Origin: Hypanus sabinus
Taxonomy: Eukaryota
Length of the DNA: 64,000 bases
Assembly: GCF_030144855.1 (NCBI RefSeq)
Contig: NC_082708.1
Coordinates: 127,286,001-127,350,000, forward strand
Direction: 5' to 3'
Both the position numbers and the translations under genes were made by a program. Below, in pieces: positions 1-13,744 of this stretch. Below the pieces are notes generated by a model. It was not told where the DNA came from and ran no database searches. It worked only from the letters and a program-made list of their open reading frames with translations. Within the stretch, counting starts at the first letter, position 1. Every line of letters begins with the position of its first letter.

Positions 1-275
1 GCCTGAGGCTCCTGATATAGTGTAGATAACTTGTTCATCATAATTTAGATTCCACAACCTACAGACTCACATTCAAAGTCTCTATAACTCATATTCTCAA
101 TATTATTTATTTTTCTGTATTTGCACATTAATCTTTTTCCACATTGGTTGTTTGTCAGTTTTTGCTAATGTATCATATTTCATTAATTTTATTGTATTTC
201 TTTATTTTCCTGTAAATGCCTGCAAAAATGAATTTCAGGGTAGTATAAGGTGGCATATTTGTACTTTTGAGTTTC
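1..275 (+). mobile_element. Rex1/Babar-type LINE 3' UTR fragment
   Basis: Matches the reverse complement of the LINE 3' ends at 20449-20760 and 30172-30500 (…aaaatgaatttcagggtagtata…gtacttttga). Confidence 0.75.
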
Positions 276-339
276 AGGTACAACATAATCCAAATGTATA
301 GAACATTCTACAGCAATATGCTCAAATACTTCTGACACT

Positions 340-2227
340 AATCAGAAATGGTAAGCATATGTACTCCTACAAATAGTAGCCAAGATGTGGGGTTGAGATT
401 ACAAATGGAGCTGGAAAAGACATGTAATAAGGGTAATGTCACATTTGTAATGGGGGACTTCAATATGCAAGGGGATTGGGAAAATCAGGTTGGTATTGGA
501 TCACAAGAGAAAGAATTTGTTGAATGCCTACTAGATGGTTTTTTAGAGCAGCTTGTGTTTGAGCCTACTCTGGGAAAGGCTGTCTTAATAACCCAGATCT
601 TATTAGGGAGCTTAATGTAAAGGAACCCTTAGGAGAGTGTGATCATAATATGATTGAATTCATACTGCACTGTTAGAGGGAGAAGCATAAGTCACGTATA
701 TCAGTATCACAATGAAATAAAGAAAATTACAGAGGCATGAGAGAGGAGCTTGCCCAGGTAGATTGGAGAAGGATAGGGGTGGGGATGATGGCAGAACAGA
801 GGTAGCTGAAGTTTCTGGGAATAGTTCATAAGACACAAGATACATATGTCACACAGAAGAAGCAGCTCTCAAATGGCAGGGCTACACAACCATAGCTGAC
901 AAGGGATGTTAAAGACTGTGTAAAAGCCAATGAAAAGGCATATTGTAACAAAAGTAATTGGGAAGTTGGATGATTGGGAAGCTTTTAAAAATCAACAAAA
1001 GGCAACTAAAAAGCCATAAGAAGGGAAAAGATGAAATATGAGGGCAAACTAGCCAATAATATAAAGCAGGACACTAATTTTTTTTCAGTTATATAAGACA
1101 GAAGAGTTGATATTGAACCACTGGAAAATGACGCTGGTGAGGTAGTAATGTGGGACAAAGAAATGTCAGATGAACTTAATGGGTACTTTGCATCAGTGTT
1201 CACTGTGGAGGACATTAGCAGTGTGCCAGAGATCCATGAGTGTCAGGGAGCAGAAGAAAGTGCCATTGCTATCACAAAGGAAAAAAGTGTTAGGCAAACT
1301 CTGAAAAGTCACCTGGGCCAGATGGACTACATCCCAGAGTCCTGAGAGAGGTTGCTGAAGAGAGAATGGATGTATTGGTCATGATCTTTCAAGAATCACT
1401 TGACTTTGGCATGGCCCCTGAGGACTGGAAATGTCACAACACTCTTTAAAAAGGGAGGGAAGTGAAAGAAAGGAAATTATAGGCTAGTTAGCCTAACAAT
1501 GGTTGGGAAAGTGTTAGGGTCTATGATTAAGGATGAGGTTTCAGAGTACTTGGAGACTAATGATAATATGTAAGTCAAAGTGAGCATGGTTACTGTAAAG
1601 GGAAATCTTGCCTGACAAATCTGTTAAGAGTTCTTCGAGCAAGTAACAAGCAGAATGGACAAAGGAAAGGCAGTGAATGTCATTTACTTGGATTTTCAGA
1701 AGGCATTTGATAAGGTGCCACACATGAGGCTGCTTAACAAGGTAAAATCCTGTGGCATTACAGGAAAGATACAGGCATGGATAGAGGAAAGGCTAACAGG
1801 TAGGAATAAAAGAGGTCTTTCCTGGTTGGCTGCCAGTGACTAGTGGTGTTCCTCAGGGGTCAGTATTGGGACTGCTACTTTTCACATTGTCAAAGATTTG
1901 GATAATGGAATTGATGGCTTTGTCGCAAAGTTTGTGGATGATACAAAGTTACAAAGTGGAGGGGTAGGTCATGCTGAGGAAGCAGCAAGACTTAGATTGG
2001 AAGAATGGGCAAAAAGTGGCAGATGGCATACAGTGTTGAGAAATGTATGATAATGCATTTTGGTACAAACGGACAATGGTGCAGACTATTGTCTAACTGG
2101 GGAGAATGTGCAAACATCAGAGGTACAGAGGAACTTACGAGTCCTCATGCAAGACTCCCAGAAGCATACTTTACAGGTTGAGTCTGTGGTAAAGAAGGCA
2201 AATGCAATGTTGGAATTTATTTCTAAG
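340..2227 (+). pseudogene. CR1 LINE ORF2 relic (APE endonuclease + reverse transcriptase), frameshifted
   Basis: Peptides VMGDFNMQGDW..EFVECLLDGFLEQLVFEPT, LNGYFASVFTVED, IYLDFQKAFDKVPH and nucleotide gtggtgttcctcaggggtcagta (SGVPQGSV). Confidence 0.93.
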
Positions 2228-2489
2228 ACCACTCCACCATAATAAGGTTCTTTCCTGCAACCATAACAAAGCTCATCTCTGACATTTCCAGTTTCCAGTT
2301 CAATTTGGCTGTACACCCTAGACAGTTCTTGGTATAAAGACGCAGATCCTCTGACCAAAATTCCCAATTACTTCATGTGATCAGACAGTGAAAAGGGCAA
2401 AGAATTGTTCATCATTCACACCAGGGAATGAATAATTCCATATTCTATTTATCCTCCACCATCTCTCCAAATTAAAATTAGCTTTTTTT

Positions 2490-2590
2490 TCTTTTTCATA
2501 AAAGGTCTTTAACCTGAAATGAAAATTCTATTTCTCCTTCTTCAGATGCTGTCTGACCTACTGAGTGTTTCCAGAATTTTCTATTTTAAT
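2490..2590 (+). mobile_element. Penelope-like element terminal fragment
   Basis: cagatgctgtctgacctactgagtgtttccag matches the ends of the GIY-YIG Penelope copies in this window. Confidence 0.6.
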
Positions 2591-3104
2591 GCCAAGAAAT
2601 GTGGCCTTAGTATTGAATCTGCTGCTTGGGAATTTCACCTTTCTTATAACCTGATCTTTGGCTAAGAAATTGATACATCTGCTAAACTTGACAAAGAGGA
2701 GAGGGCAGCCCTGTGTATTTACAGACTTGGTCAAGAAGCTTCCTATTTCTCATTCATTAATGAAAACTGTGCTGCTGATCACTGTGTAAAGCAATCATGT
2801 TCTCTTGGGGATTTCGTCTGCAAACCCCATTTTGAAGGCCACATTGATCATTTATATATGCATTATTCTGTTGAAGGTCAACCTTGGTTAACACTAACTA
2901 AGCAAATATCAACACTAGTATCCTAGATGAAAGCAATCATATCCCTAATAAATGCAATGTTTTCAGACACCTTTTGCCCCAGTAGAGCACAAGCTTGAGC
3001 CAGGTGTATCACCGGCTCGAAACAAAACTTGCAATCAAAATTTAACAATGACATGTGTCACCAAATCCTTACATTTCTCAGTGGTGCAATTGGATCAGGC
3101 GACT

Positions 3105-3200
3105 TTTCAGGCCAAAACGTAGGCTCTAGGACCAAAATATTAACTGTCCATTCCTCTCTATAGGTGCTGCCTGATTTGCTGAGTTCTTCCAACACTGTGG
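3105..3200 (+). mobile_element. Penelope-like element terminal fragment
   Basis: ggtgctgcctgatttgctgagttcttccaacact terminal motif. Confidence 0.6.
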
Positions 3201-4739
3201 ACCCTGAGGACAATATTTCCCTGTATCTGCCTGTACTGCTACTGTAACAGGAAATTATCTCTGTGATCACAATTTACATACATGTATTGAAGCCTTACAA
3301 TGCTTACAAACCTTACTGCAAGGAGACCATAAAAATAACAAATGAGGAAAAGAGCCATGGAATTAGAAGGTAATAAATCATGTTTAATTGCACAGTGAAA
3401 TTAGTTGAACTTCTCCATGTTCGAATGCACAAATTGCACATTGGTTAAGGAACTCGTCAATATGTCAATACAGATTGTTTCTAACAGGTTCATTAAGACC
3501 TTTATTTACATATTTAAATTATGATTGTGCCACAGCCTATCCATATCAACCCAGTCCTTTTTACAAAACAACTTAGATGTGTAATCATTAGTTCATAATG
3601 AAAAATTCAGTTTCTTGTGTTAGGGCTAAAATTAATTGAAAAATATAAGATATAACCAACTTCCAGCTGTACTTTAAACATGACAAATTTAAAATTGATT
3701 TTAAAGGCTAATCCATATGCTGCATCAGGATTTGAGCTTGCCCTAATAGAATTCCTAATCAAAATACAGCTGAAGACAATTACCATGCTCTGCTGAAAAT
3801 GAAATTGTTCCATTTATCACATTATCCTTGTTAAGCAAAACCTATTGGTGATGCTTTAATGAGTAATTAAACTGAGGATTTGTGCCTTCATTAATTATTC
3901 ATCTTATTTTATTTTCTATGATTTTTTATCCTTTTCCTTTCTTCAGACAAAATTACTTAATATTGTATTGCAATTATATTTTTCAGCTTGCTGAAATTAT
4001 AAGAAAGTGACCTTGAGAATATTCTGTATAAGTTAGATGAAGCTTAGTGTAATGACATGAATGTCATTCATTAAATGATCACACATGCTGAAAAACTACA
4101 TTAATTTCAAATATCAATAACTTAGCGGGGAGGAATGGTATTCATGGCAACACAAGTGACAGATGTAAAAGTGTTTTGATTGGGGTGACAGTCAGGCACA
4201 GTCATGGCAATTAAAGGGAGAACAGTAGGTGGAGTAATTAAAAAGACTGCTCATTAGGGAAGCCATCTTGTAAAGAATGACCAATGTATCAAAGTACGTA
4301 ACCTTTTCTCTTAATATTGATTTTAGTCTGGCCTTTTACAAAGCTTTTAGTTATGAAGAAACAAAATTTGGTGTGCAAAAGAATGTCTCCAGCAAATTGT
4401 ACAGGAAAAATGGAACAAAGGAAGCTGGAATGAATGTTATTTTAATCCTGATATATTTCTTTAAAATGCTGCAATACTTCGCTGAAGAAGTACTTTGCAA
4501 AATGGAGACTGAATCTTGGAATGTAGTTTATGTCACTGTTAGATTAAGGGCTATGATCAAAGAAAAGATAGCAGGAGTGACTTAGCATTTTCATGTAAGG
4601 ATGTTTATTCATGCATTAGAAAATCAAAACTTACAACAATTAGAAAAAATAGTGGAAAAAAAAAACTAGTACTTGCCTAAAGATATCTACCAGAAAACAT
4701 AATGACGGCTCCATATTTTGTGGAGTGTGAACTTCTCTT

Positions 4740-5112
4740 CTCTCTCTCTCTCCCTCTCTCCTCCCCATGCTGCTCCTCCTCCTTCCTTTTCTTCCACGTT
4801 TACTCTCCTCTTCTATCAGATTCCATCTTCTTCAGCCATTTACCTTTCTCACCTATCACCTCCAGCTTCTCAATTCATCCCTTGCCCCACCCACCTGCCT
4901 TCACCTATCACCTTCCAGCTTTAGTCCTACCCTTCCCTCCACCTTCTTTGCTCACTTCTTTTCCCCTTCTTTTCTCATGCTGATAAAGGGTCTCAGCGCA
5001 AAATATTACCTGTTTATTCCTCTCACTAGATGCGGCCTGACCTGTTAAGTTCCTTCCAGCACTTTGAATGTGTTACTCTAGATTTCCAGCATCTGCAGAA
5101 TCTCTTGTATTT
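4740..5112 (+). mobile_element. Penelope-like element 3' end (pyrimidine-rich tract + decayed hammerhead + terminal motif)
   Basis: Homologous to the reverse complement of 24062-24420, 39682-40100 and 46925-47330. Confidence 0.8.
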
Positions 5113-5685
5113 ATGAGTAACTTGATACCGTCAGGTCACAGATCATTTTCCCATTTAGTGAGATTAAAATTACTTTATTTTTGTCTAACTATTGGTACTT
5201 TGTGGAAGCTCACTGGACTTCCAGCATGGCAATGCTCAGGATTGAAAGGCCTGAAGACAGAGTACTGTTGTTGTGGGAGACATAAGCAGCCTCCTGTCTG
5301 ATCTATCTACCTGTATTGATACTTTTAGTGAACTATAGTCCTCAACTCCAAGGTCACTCTGCACATCAATGCTCCAAAGATCCCTGCCATTTATTTTTTA
5401 GGATTTTATTTTCAGAATTTGACTTCCTACAGTACAATACGCATTTTTTTCTGGCCTAAGTATCATTTTTCAGTTGCCATTGGTTCTCCCAACTTCTCAG
5501 CTGATTTATGTCCCATTGTATCCTTAGGAAACTACTCCATCTACTAACACCACAAATTCTCATGTCATCTGAACACTTACTAATCTCCAACATTTACATC
5601 CACATCCAAGCCATAAGTACACTGTATATTATAAACAGAGAGGGTCCCGACACCAGTTCCTGCAGTACCCAATTGCGCCACTGGT

Positions 5686-6799
5686 GGCTGCTTAGTAAGA
5701 TCAGAGCCAATGGAATTACAGGGAAGTTACTAGCATGGGTGGAGCATTGGCTGATCAGCAGAAAACAGGGAGTGGGAATAAAGGGATCCTATTCTGGCTG
5801 GCTGCCAGTTACCAGTGGAGATCCATAGGGGTCGATGTTGGGACTGCTGCTTTCTACAATGTATGTCAATGATTTGGACTATCGGATTAATGGATTTGTG
5901 ACTAAATTTGCTGATAATATGAAGATAGGTGGAGGAACAGGTAGTGTTGAGGAAACAGAGAGCCAGCAGAGAGACTTAGATAGTTTAGGGAAATGAGCAA
6001 AGAAGTGGCAATTGAAATACAATGTTTGAAAGTGTATGGTCATGCACTTTGGTGGAACAAATAAATGGGCATACTATTATTTAGATGGAGAGAGAATTCA
6101 AAACGGAGAGATGCAAAGGGACTTTGGGGTCCTTGTGCAGGATACCGTAAAGGTTAACCTTCAGGTTGAGTCAGTTGTGCAGACAGCGAATGCAATGCTG
6201 GCACTTTTTTTCTAGAGGTATAGAAGATAAGAGCAGGGACATGATGTTGAGGCTCTATAATGCACTCATGAGACCACACTTGGAGTATTGTGTGCAGTTG
6301 TAAACAGTTTTGGGCTCCTTATTTTAGAAAGGATATACTGACATTGGAGAAGATTCATGAGAATGATTCCAGGAATGAAAGGGTTACTGTATGAGGAACG
6401 TCTGGCAGCTCTTGAGCTATATTCCCTGGAATTCAGGAGAATGAGGGGGGATCTCGTAGAAACATTCTGAATATTAAAAGACCTGAATAGATTAGATATG
6501 GCAAAGTTATTTCCCATGGTAGGGGAGTCTAGGACAAGTGGCCACAACTTCAGAGTTGAAGGGCGTCCATTTTGAACACCGATGCGGAGAAATTACTTTA
6601 GACAGAGAGTGGTAAATCTGTGGAATTTGTTGTCACGAGCAGCTGTGGAGGCCAAGCCACTGAGTGTATTTAAGGCAGAGATAGATAGGTTCTTGATTAG
6701 CCAGGGCATCAAAGGATATGGGTGAAGGTAGGGGAGTTGGGGTGACTGGAAGAATTGGATCAGCCATGGCCTACTTCTGCTCTTATATCTTAAGTCTCC
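5686..6799 (+). mobile_element. 5'-truncated CR1 LINE (RT C-terminus + 3' UTR)
   Basis: LLSKIRANGITGKLLAWVEHWL..GSYSGWLPVTSG; aaatttgctgataat (KFAD-like); CR1 tail tggcctacttctgctcttatatctt. Confidence 0.93.
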
Positions 6800-6830
6800 T
6801 GTCACCAACCCAGTTTTAGATTTAATTAGC

Positions 6831-7069
6831 TGTATGTATTTAATATTTCAGTAATAGTTGAATAAACATGTATACATATTGTTTGATTAAGTATTCTTGT
6901 TCATTTAAATAATATATTGAGAGTTACATGTATAATTGCATATGTTATCACACTACTGCGTGATGTATGCATGCCTTGCTTAAAGTAAACACGAAGCTAG
7001 ACCCACATTCCATGACTCCCATGTCTTCCTTTGAATTAGTTTAATGTTTTGCAGTTACAAAACATAACA
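6831..7069 (+). mobile_element. Solo LTR (Gypsy-like)
   Basis: TGTATG…CATAACA termini, AGTAAA signal, near-perfect 5-bp TSD TTAGC/TCAGC; interrupts a continuous CR1 fragment. Confidence 0.65.
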
Positions 7070-7449
7070 TCAGCCGGGTAACCTTGGATCCTATGTGCTT
7101 TAACCTTCTGAATCAGCCCACAATGTGAGATCTTATTATATGCCAATGCCTATTGCCCTGCGTTCATCAACCTTCTAAGTTTTTATTCCCCAAACACTCA
7201 AATTAGTGAGGCAAAACCATGCTGACTATCCCTGATCAGCCCCTATCCCTGACCATATGATCACAGTAAACATTCCATTTCTCTCTACTTTGTCCTGAGA
7301 TATTCTATCATATTTCTCTATTCTGATGAGAGAAAATCCAACTGGAAAATTTACTCTCACATTCATATTTCCTCGTATCAAGTAGACTACTAATTTATAT
7401 GTGCTGTGCAACTTGAATCAACATCCATGAAATTTTTGGAACCCAAACT

Positions 7450-7772
7450 AACACTAGAGATTCTGCAAATGCTGGAAATCCAGAGCAACACACATAGAGT
7501 GCTGGAGGAACTCAGCAGGTCAGGCACCATCTAAGGGAATGAATCAACAGTTGTCATTTTGAGCCATAAACCTTCTTTGTTAAGTAAGAGGCCAAAAGAC
7601 TGCAGATTATGGAATCTGGAGCATATAAAAAGCACACTTCTGGTGGAACTCAGTGGGCCCGGCAGCATCTATGGAGGCAAAGGGATGTCAATGTTTCAGG
7701 TTGAGTCCATGGGTCAAGACTGAGTTTGGATGCAGGATCTCAACCCCAAACATTGCCATCCCTTTACTTCCA
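7450..7772. mobile_element. Two Penelope terminal fragments; the second (7595-7772) is palindromic
   Basis: gctggaggaactcagcaggtcaggca motif; arms tggaggcaaagggatgtcaatgtttcaggttgag / ctcaaccccaaacattgccatccctttacttcca. Confidence 0.75.
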
Positions 7773-8129
7773 AAAGTGGTAAATCACCACTATTACATAA
7801 GGTAGTTTTATTTAGTGGAAAATTGTTTAAAATCACGTAAATTGGAATTGCAAAAGCTTTCATCTTTATATGTCAACCAATATTCCTCTGAGTGTAATTT
7901 TCTATTCATTAGCAAAGTGTTCCACCTCATATATACTGACACTAAATTCTATCTGCCATTCATTTGTTCATTCTGTCATTCATAACAAATGGTTTTACAT
8001 AGGATAGGGTGGATAATCCAAGACCCAGCTCACCACCCACACCAACTGGCTTAGTCTGATATGGTCTTTTACCATTTGAGGAGGGCCAAAAGAGCTGGTT
8101 ATGTAGTGAAGCCATAGGTGACTAATCCT

Positions 8130-8290
8130 GATGTACTGCTGTGTGGAATGGTTGTTTGTCAGTCTTTGCTTATTGATAGTTTTGCTTAAATTGAATGAAT
8201 TATCTTATTTTCCTATAGATGCACGCAATAAAATGAATCTCAATATATGGTAACATGTAGGCACTTTGATCATAAATTTTACTTTGACAG
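8130..8290 (+). mobile_element. Rex1/Babar LINE 3' UTR fragment
   Basis: aaaatgaatctcaatatatggtaacatgtaggcactttgatcataaattttactttga tail shared with other copies. Confidence 0.7.
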
Positions 8291-10559
8291 CACTTGCTGC
8301 TATCAGTCAGAGATATTTAAAGGATATCTAATTAATCAAATAAAATATTTGGGAAGGCATAGCAACCCTGCAACTTTATGTACAAGTGCATGGGAATTAA
8401 CAGGGCTGTACAGCTGTGCAGGTGACTGTAAAGTAAGAGACAGTTTGTATGGCACAATTTCAATAACTTGCAAAGTTTATAGTAACTTTGGTAATGCTGA
8501 CATGTAGGTGCTGCCCGTTTACACAACATGGCAAAGGGTCAAATTGTTTCAACAACAGAGAGCAGGTGTTGGGAAGTTTAGGAGAATTATTTTGCCAGCT
8601 AAAATGTACCCTACTGTGAATGTGTGATTCTGCTGAGCAACCTCACGCTCAAAACCTCATGCGCCCTGTTGTAACTACTCAAGCTGTGTTTAATCACCTG
8701 GAATGCAACTCAAAGTTAGCACTTTGTATTAAAAATTGAACCAAACAGTTGACACAGATACCAGGTTGGAAAGAGGAAGAAAGTGTGAAATACTGTTTGT
8801 TCAGGCTACAAGGGAAGAGGAGTGCAAAATTTAATGTCAGATCAAAGCAGAAGCAACAATTTCTTTTGCTTAAAAGACAAAATGTTCAACAGGAAGGTTA
8901 GTGCGATCAGGGTGAACAGATTGTTCACCAGAGATGTTGGCAGATGGACTGCTGAGATGGGGCTGTGGATTTGAGTGACCTGGTCATTCTCTGAAAATCA
9001 TGTAGCACTGAGATTGTGAGTTGTGGCAAGTGTCTCATAGCACCCGCAGTTACATGAAGGTAAAAGTCATCATAATTTCAGGTAAAGTTATCTCACTCAT
9101 GATAAGGAAGTCTGTTTTGATGTAATTTACAAATCTAGGATAATCTTTAATTAGATGACAGGGACAGGAACCGATACGATAGAGCACTAGCACTTTCTTT
9201 TCATGAAGAGACCAGTTGATACAAAAAATGCCCTAACGTCAGCACTGCTGACAAATCCAGTGCAGGTGATGTCACCACCTTCTCACGAAAACACAAGTGC
9301 ACAAAATCTTTCCTCAGTGAGAACAGAGTCTGGGTGAACTCTCAATCTGAGCTCAACAAACTGAAATATTTGGCAGATTGGCAGTGGTATCAATAATGAT
9401 CGAAAGGCCATGAATTTGAACATTGCTCCCTCCACAGAGGGAGTCGTCCAGGCCTGAGAATCTGGCTGAAAATCATTCTGCAGTATGCCACAGATTTACT
9501 TATTAAAGGTTTTGAAGAATTGAACCTGTTGTGTTTAACAACCAATGGCTGTTGGGGAGATCCAGGTATGTTCTTGTTTCTCTAAGCTCTATAAAGAAAT
9601 AGGGTTTTTGATTCTTCCCTTCTCAGGCCTATGATGGCCAGATTGAATCTTACAGCCAACAGCAATTGCAACTGAGCAAACCATTGAATGAGTCACTTAG
9701 CAGTCAAAATATACAACAAACACTCCCTTTTAGTTTGAATTCTGTCTGAGAAATCATGAAGGGGGTCTAAGTTCTGGATTTGCCTGTGATGAGACCACAC
9801 ACCTCCTCTGTGGCTATTCCATTCACACCAACATTAGGGTATCAATATTGCCATATGCCATATTATGACTGTACAATAATGGTCATTTTCTGGATCTTGG
9901 AGCACCAACTCAAGGTGCTCAATGGGGTACAACATTTGGCATCATGCTTTGCATGTCTGAGCTTTGGAAAACAGCAGGGTGCACAGGCAAAGACCAAAAA
10001 CAAAAATGCCTGTTTCATTTTGCAATTGTCAGATTATATCTGAGAATGTCGGCTAATATGATTTATTCTAGGTAAAATTAAAGTTGGATTACATAATACT
10101 GAAAAATAGAGCACTAAATGATCTAATCATCATGGGATCCAATTTCAGGATCCTTAAGATATTGTAATAATTAATACCACATAGATTTAGATAGACTAGG
10201 TTTCTGTTCCATGTCTACAATTTTCAAAATTACTAAAATTACACCTCTTTTAATATTGTCTACATAAGTAGGCAATAACCCATTCAAATCACTGATGCAT
10301 TATCTGTCCTGCATAAAAAGATTATAGAAACCAAATTAAGAAGCAGCCTTTACATCTGAGAAACTGGATCATGTTTCAATGGGTCTTTAAGTGCTAATCA
10401 AGTAAAATCAGCAATTGATAGTCCTCCATGATTGGAGACATCATTATGGTCATGGCTAGTGGGTCAGGAACCACTAGGTATGATATGAAGAATGGTGCAG
10501 CATCCATAATGGTGTTGGTGCTACCCTCCAATGTCCTTTTGATGTAAGACAAGCCGGAT

Positions 10560-12000
10560 TGCTTTCACCTGTGGACTACTGGGTTTGTTCTTGCTGACAA
10601 CATCCATAGATTCGGACTAGGGCTACATTATACTGTATGTTGTTGACCTGTTGAGATAGTAGGCAAATTGGAGTGTATCCAAGTCACTTCTCAGGCAGGA
10701 GTTGATATGTTCCATCACCAACCTCTCAAAGTACTTCATCACAGTTAATGTAAGTGCTACTGGGCAATAGTCAATGAGAGAGGCTACCACATTCTTCATA
10801 TGTACCAGCATAATTGAAGGCTGCTTAAAGCAGGTGGGTAGCTCAGACTGCTGAAACAAGATGGAAAAAGATATCAGTGAACATCCAACCAGTTAATCAG
10901 CACAGATCTTTAGTACTTGGCCAAGTACCCCATCTAGACCAGATGCTGTCTGTGGTTCACCCTCCTGAAGGATACCATCACATCGGCCTCAGAGGTAGGT
11001 GGCACGGCACATGGCAGTAGCAGCCTTTTGGATCTGGTGCTACTTTAATTTAGTTTTAAAATTTAATTTTAAGGCACAATTAGGGTTTAGGGCAATGGAT
11101 AACAGAGTGACTATCTAACATCTCCAGATACTGCTGCAATACAGATATCTCCCAAAAACAAACCTTCATGAAAATCTGCTGGTTAGATTGCGCAATCTCG
11201 GCTTGCTGAAGGAATCGGGCCTGCAGTCCTCAGAGTCGCCTTATGCTGGTGCTAGAGTTGGGGACATCGTAAGCGGTGTGCAAGGAAGTGGAGGCGAGGC
11301 GAGTGGGCAGGAGTCCGTGCCAGGAAAAAAGTAAGCCCTAGCCAGCCGGCTCTCCCGTCCATTCTGCTCTCCAATGTCTGCTTGCTGAGGGAATCGGGCC
11401 TGCAGTGCTCAGAGTCGCCTGATGCTAGTGGCCGGAGGTGGGGACGTCGTAAGTGGTGTGTGAGTTAGTGGAAGCGAGGAGAACGGGCCAGGAGTCAGTG
11501 CCAGGAAAAAAGTAAGCCCTGGCCGGCCGCTCTCCCATGGACATTAAATTGGACTACATCTGTGGCAACAAAATACTCGGCGGGAGTACAGAAACAGACA
11601 GAATCCCGGACGCCGCCATTCAGCTGATTATTTATGTAACAGATTTTCCCCCAAGCCATCGGACTACCAAATTACTGTCCTCTACTATGCCTATTGTCTT
11701 GTTTATTATTTATTGTAATGCCTGCACTGTTCTGTGTTACTTCATGCAGTCCTGGGTCTGTAGTCTAGTGTAGTTTTTGTGTTGGTTTACATAGTTCAGT
11801 GTAGTTTTTGTGTTGTTCATGTAGCACCATGGTCCTGAAAAACATTGTCTCATTTTTACTGTGTACTGTGTCAGCAGTTATGATCGAAATGACAATAAAA
11901 AGTGACTTGACTTGATTTGATTTAAATCACAGGATTACCAGGGACTATCGGAGTTTGTAATGATTCCTGCAAGTTTTGAGGGTCAAAGCAAGCATAAAAT
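10560..12000 (-). mobile_element. Rex1/Babar RT fragment (10560-10993 and ~11924-12000), split by an insertion
   Basis: ORF 10623-10859: PTCFKQPSI..DYCPVALTLTVMKYFERLVMEHINSCL..LQFAY. Confidence 0.88.
10994..11923 (+). mobile_element. Internally deleted non-autonomous Rex1/Babar element with 179-bp internal tandem duplication
   Basis: 5' endonuclease-start remnant ([18 protein letters not shown]) fused to a 3' UTR with AATAAA and (GACTT)n tail; duplicated units 11201-11356 and 11380-11536. Confidence 0.8.
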
Positions 12001-13744
12001 ATGAACTACTGGGGAAGAACCTACTCCTACAGAGTTTTCAGAGATAGCATATCCTACTCGGATGTCACAAATGAACTATGTGTTCACAGATTGATGTTTT
12101 CAGAGGCAGGCGGTGAGACATACAGTACAACATTTTCAGTGAGACTTCCAGCCACTGCTCTCTCTGTGGAGACTGAGGATCATTTGAAGTGGCCAAAGCG
12201 AGAATGCACTATGATTCCAACTGTGAAATTAAAGTCAGTCTAGACCAATATAACATATTGTAAAACAACTGTCCAGTGCTATTTTAGTGAAACAATCATA
12301 CCAGCAGGAAATTTACATGACTACTAGTAAGAACTTCAAGTGCTTCAACCTTATGAAATTCCCATGCTAGCTATTCTTTATTGCATTGGAGAAATAATCC
12401 AGCTACTTCATTGTTAAAGCAGTGATCCCATCCACTGATTATTGTGAGGAACACCATGAATCTATGATTGTGTCTGCTAGCAATGCAAGCAGACAAAGGT
12501 TTCTCTCAAGAGCCTATAAGGTCTCCCTCCCCTTTACAACTCAGACCATTTCACCAACTGGAAATTGTTCCACTTCCACTATGTACGGCTTATGGTTCAC
12601 AAGAATTATCCCAAGTTTCTCGGAAATACGTATGGCTCACCCTGAGGGAGACTGCATTGACAGGTATTTTCCTTGCCAACAATGTTTGAGGTTATAGATG
12701 TTGGAAATGTAGAGGAGGCTTGATGCGAAAACAGAGCAGCAGAGGCAATTTAGTGGTGAGCAATAATTTTAAGAATAACTACTAAATAATAAGCTACCAG
12801 GGGCCATGAGACAAGAGAGAACAGGTACTAAACTCAACAGGCAACAAGGTAACTGAAGGCTGGGAAGAACTGGTTGAGGCTGAGGATGAGAGTGGGTTTA
12901 AATAGGTTGCAGGTGGTGAGTTGGAAATGAATGGCTGGTGATACCTGGTAGTTAGGTGGTGACTGGGAGGTGCCTGTCTGCACAGGCCTGACAGGAACCT
13001 CTTCCTACAGCCAGCACCGATGGCCCAGGGTAATCCAGGACCAATTCCTCAATGAGAAACAGATCAAAAATGAAACCTGACAGTATCCCAGAACTCCCTT
13101 CCAAGCTGTACCCTTCTCAGTCAACTGTACACCCCACCCACAAAGACATTTATCCACCAACCTGCAGACTATGTACACTTCCACCATCCTAGGTTCTGGA
13201 TGTACAGGTCAGCTGGATTGAGCAGGACATGGAAAGCAGGCTTGAGGCAGGATGGATGAAAAGTAGGTGTGATCCTGAGGTCCGGTGACAGCTGGAGATC
13301 GTAAGTGACTGCATTTGTGCAATAGGTAATCTTGAAAGAACCAATGAACCAGGGCAAGAGCTTGTGGGGTTCTGTTCACAGGGGAAGATCTTGGATGGAC
13401 AGCCAGATATGATCCTCAGACCAGAGTGATTAGGTTGGGCACTGCTGGCACATGTCCTGGCAGCAGAAGGCACAGTTGCCCATTAGAATGGGCCTCCATG
13501 TCCTCTGCTAAGCATTTCCACAGCAGCAAACCAGGCTCCTGGTAGATAGGACCTCCACTGCTGGTTCCTCTGTGGGGAACAATGGGGTTGATATCCATGA
13601 AGCACTTCAAAGGATGACATATCCGTAGCAGAAGAGGTGTGTAAAGCTTGGCCCAGAGTAGATACTACTTCCATGTTAGAGGTGGCGAAGCATTGCAGAA
13701 ACTTTTCCACTTGCTGCTTGGCTCATTATGACTGACAGCTGGTC

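Larger units (their letters stand above)
5340..7330 (-). mobile_element. Old CR1 RT fragment, split by a younger CR1 and a solo LTR
   Basis: agggtcccgacaccagttcctgcagtacc (rc of a GVPQGSVLGP-like segment) near 5640; resumes at 6801 and 7070 (accttggatcctatgtgctttaacc). Confidence 0.65.

Noticed and set aside
2667-2926. Stop-free plus-strand frame (EIDTSAKLDKEER…)
   Set aside because: No homology recognised and no clear splice boundaries.
9484-9571. Plus-strand exon-like segment (CAG|TATGCC…CAG|GTATGT)
   Set aside because: Poor pyrimidine tract, unrecognised peptide, no supporting neighbours.
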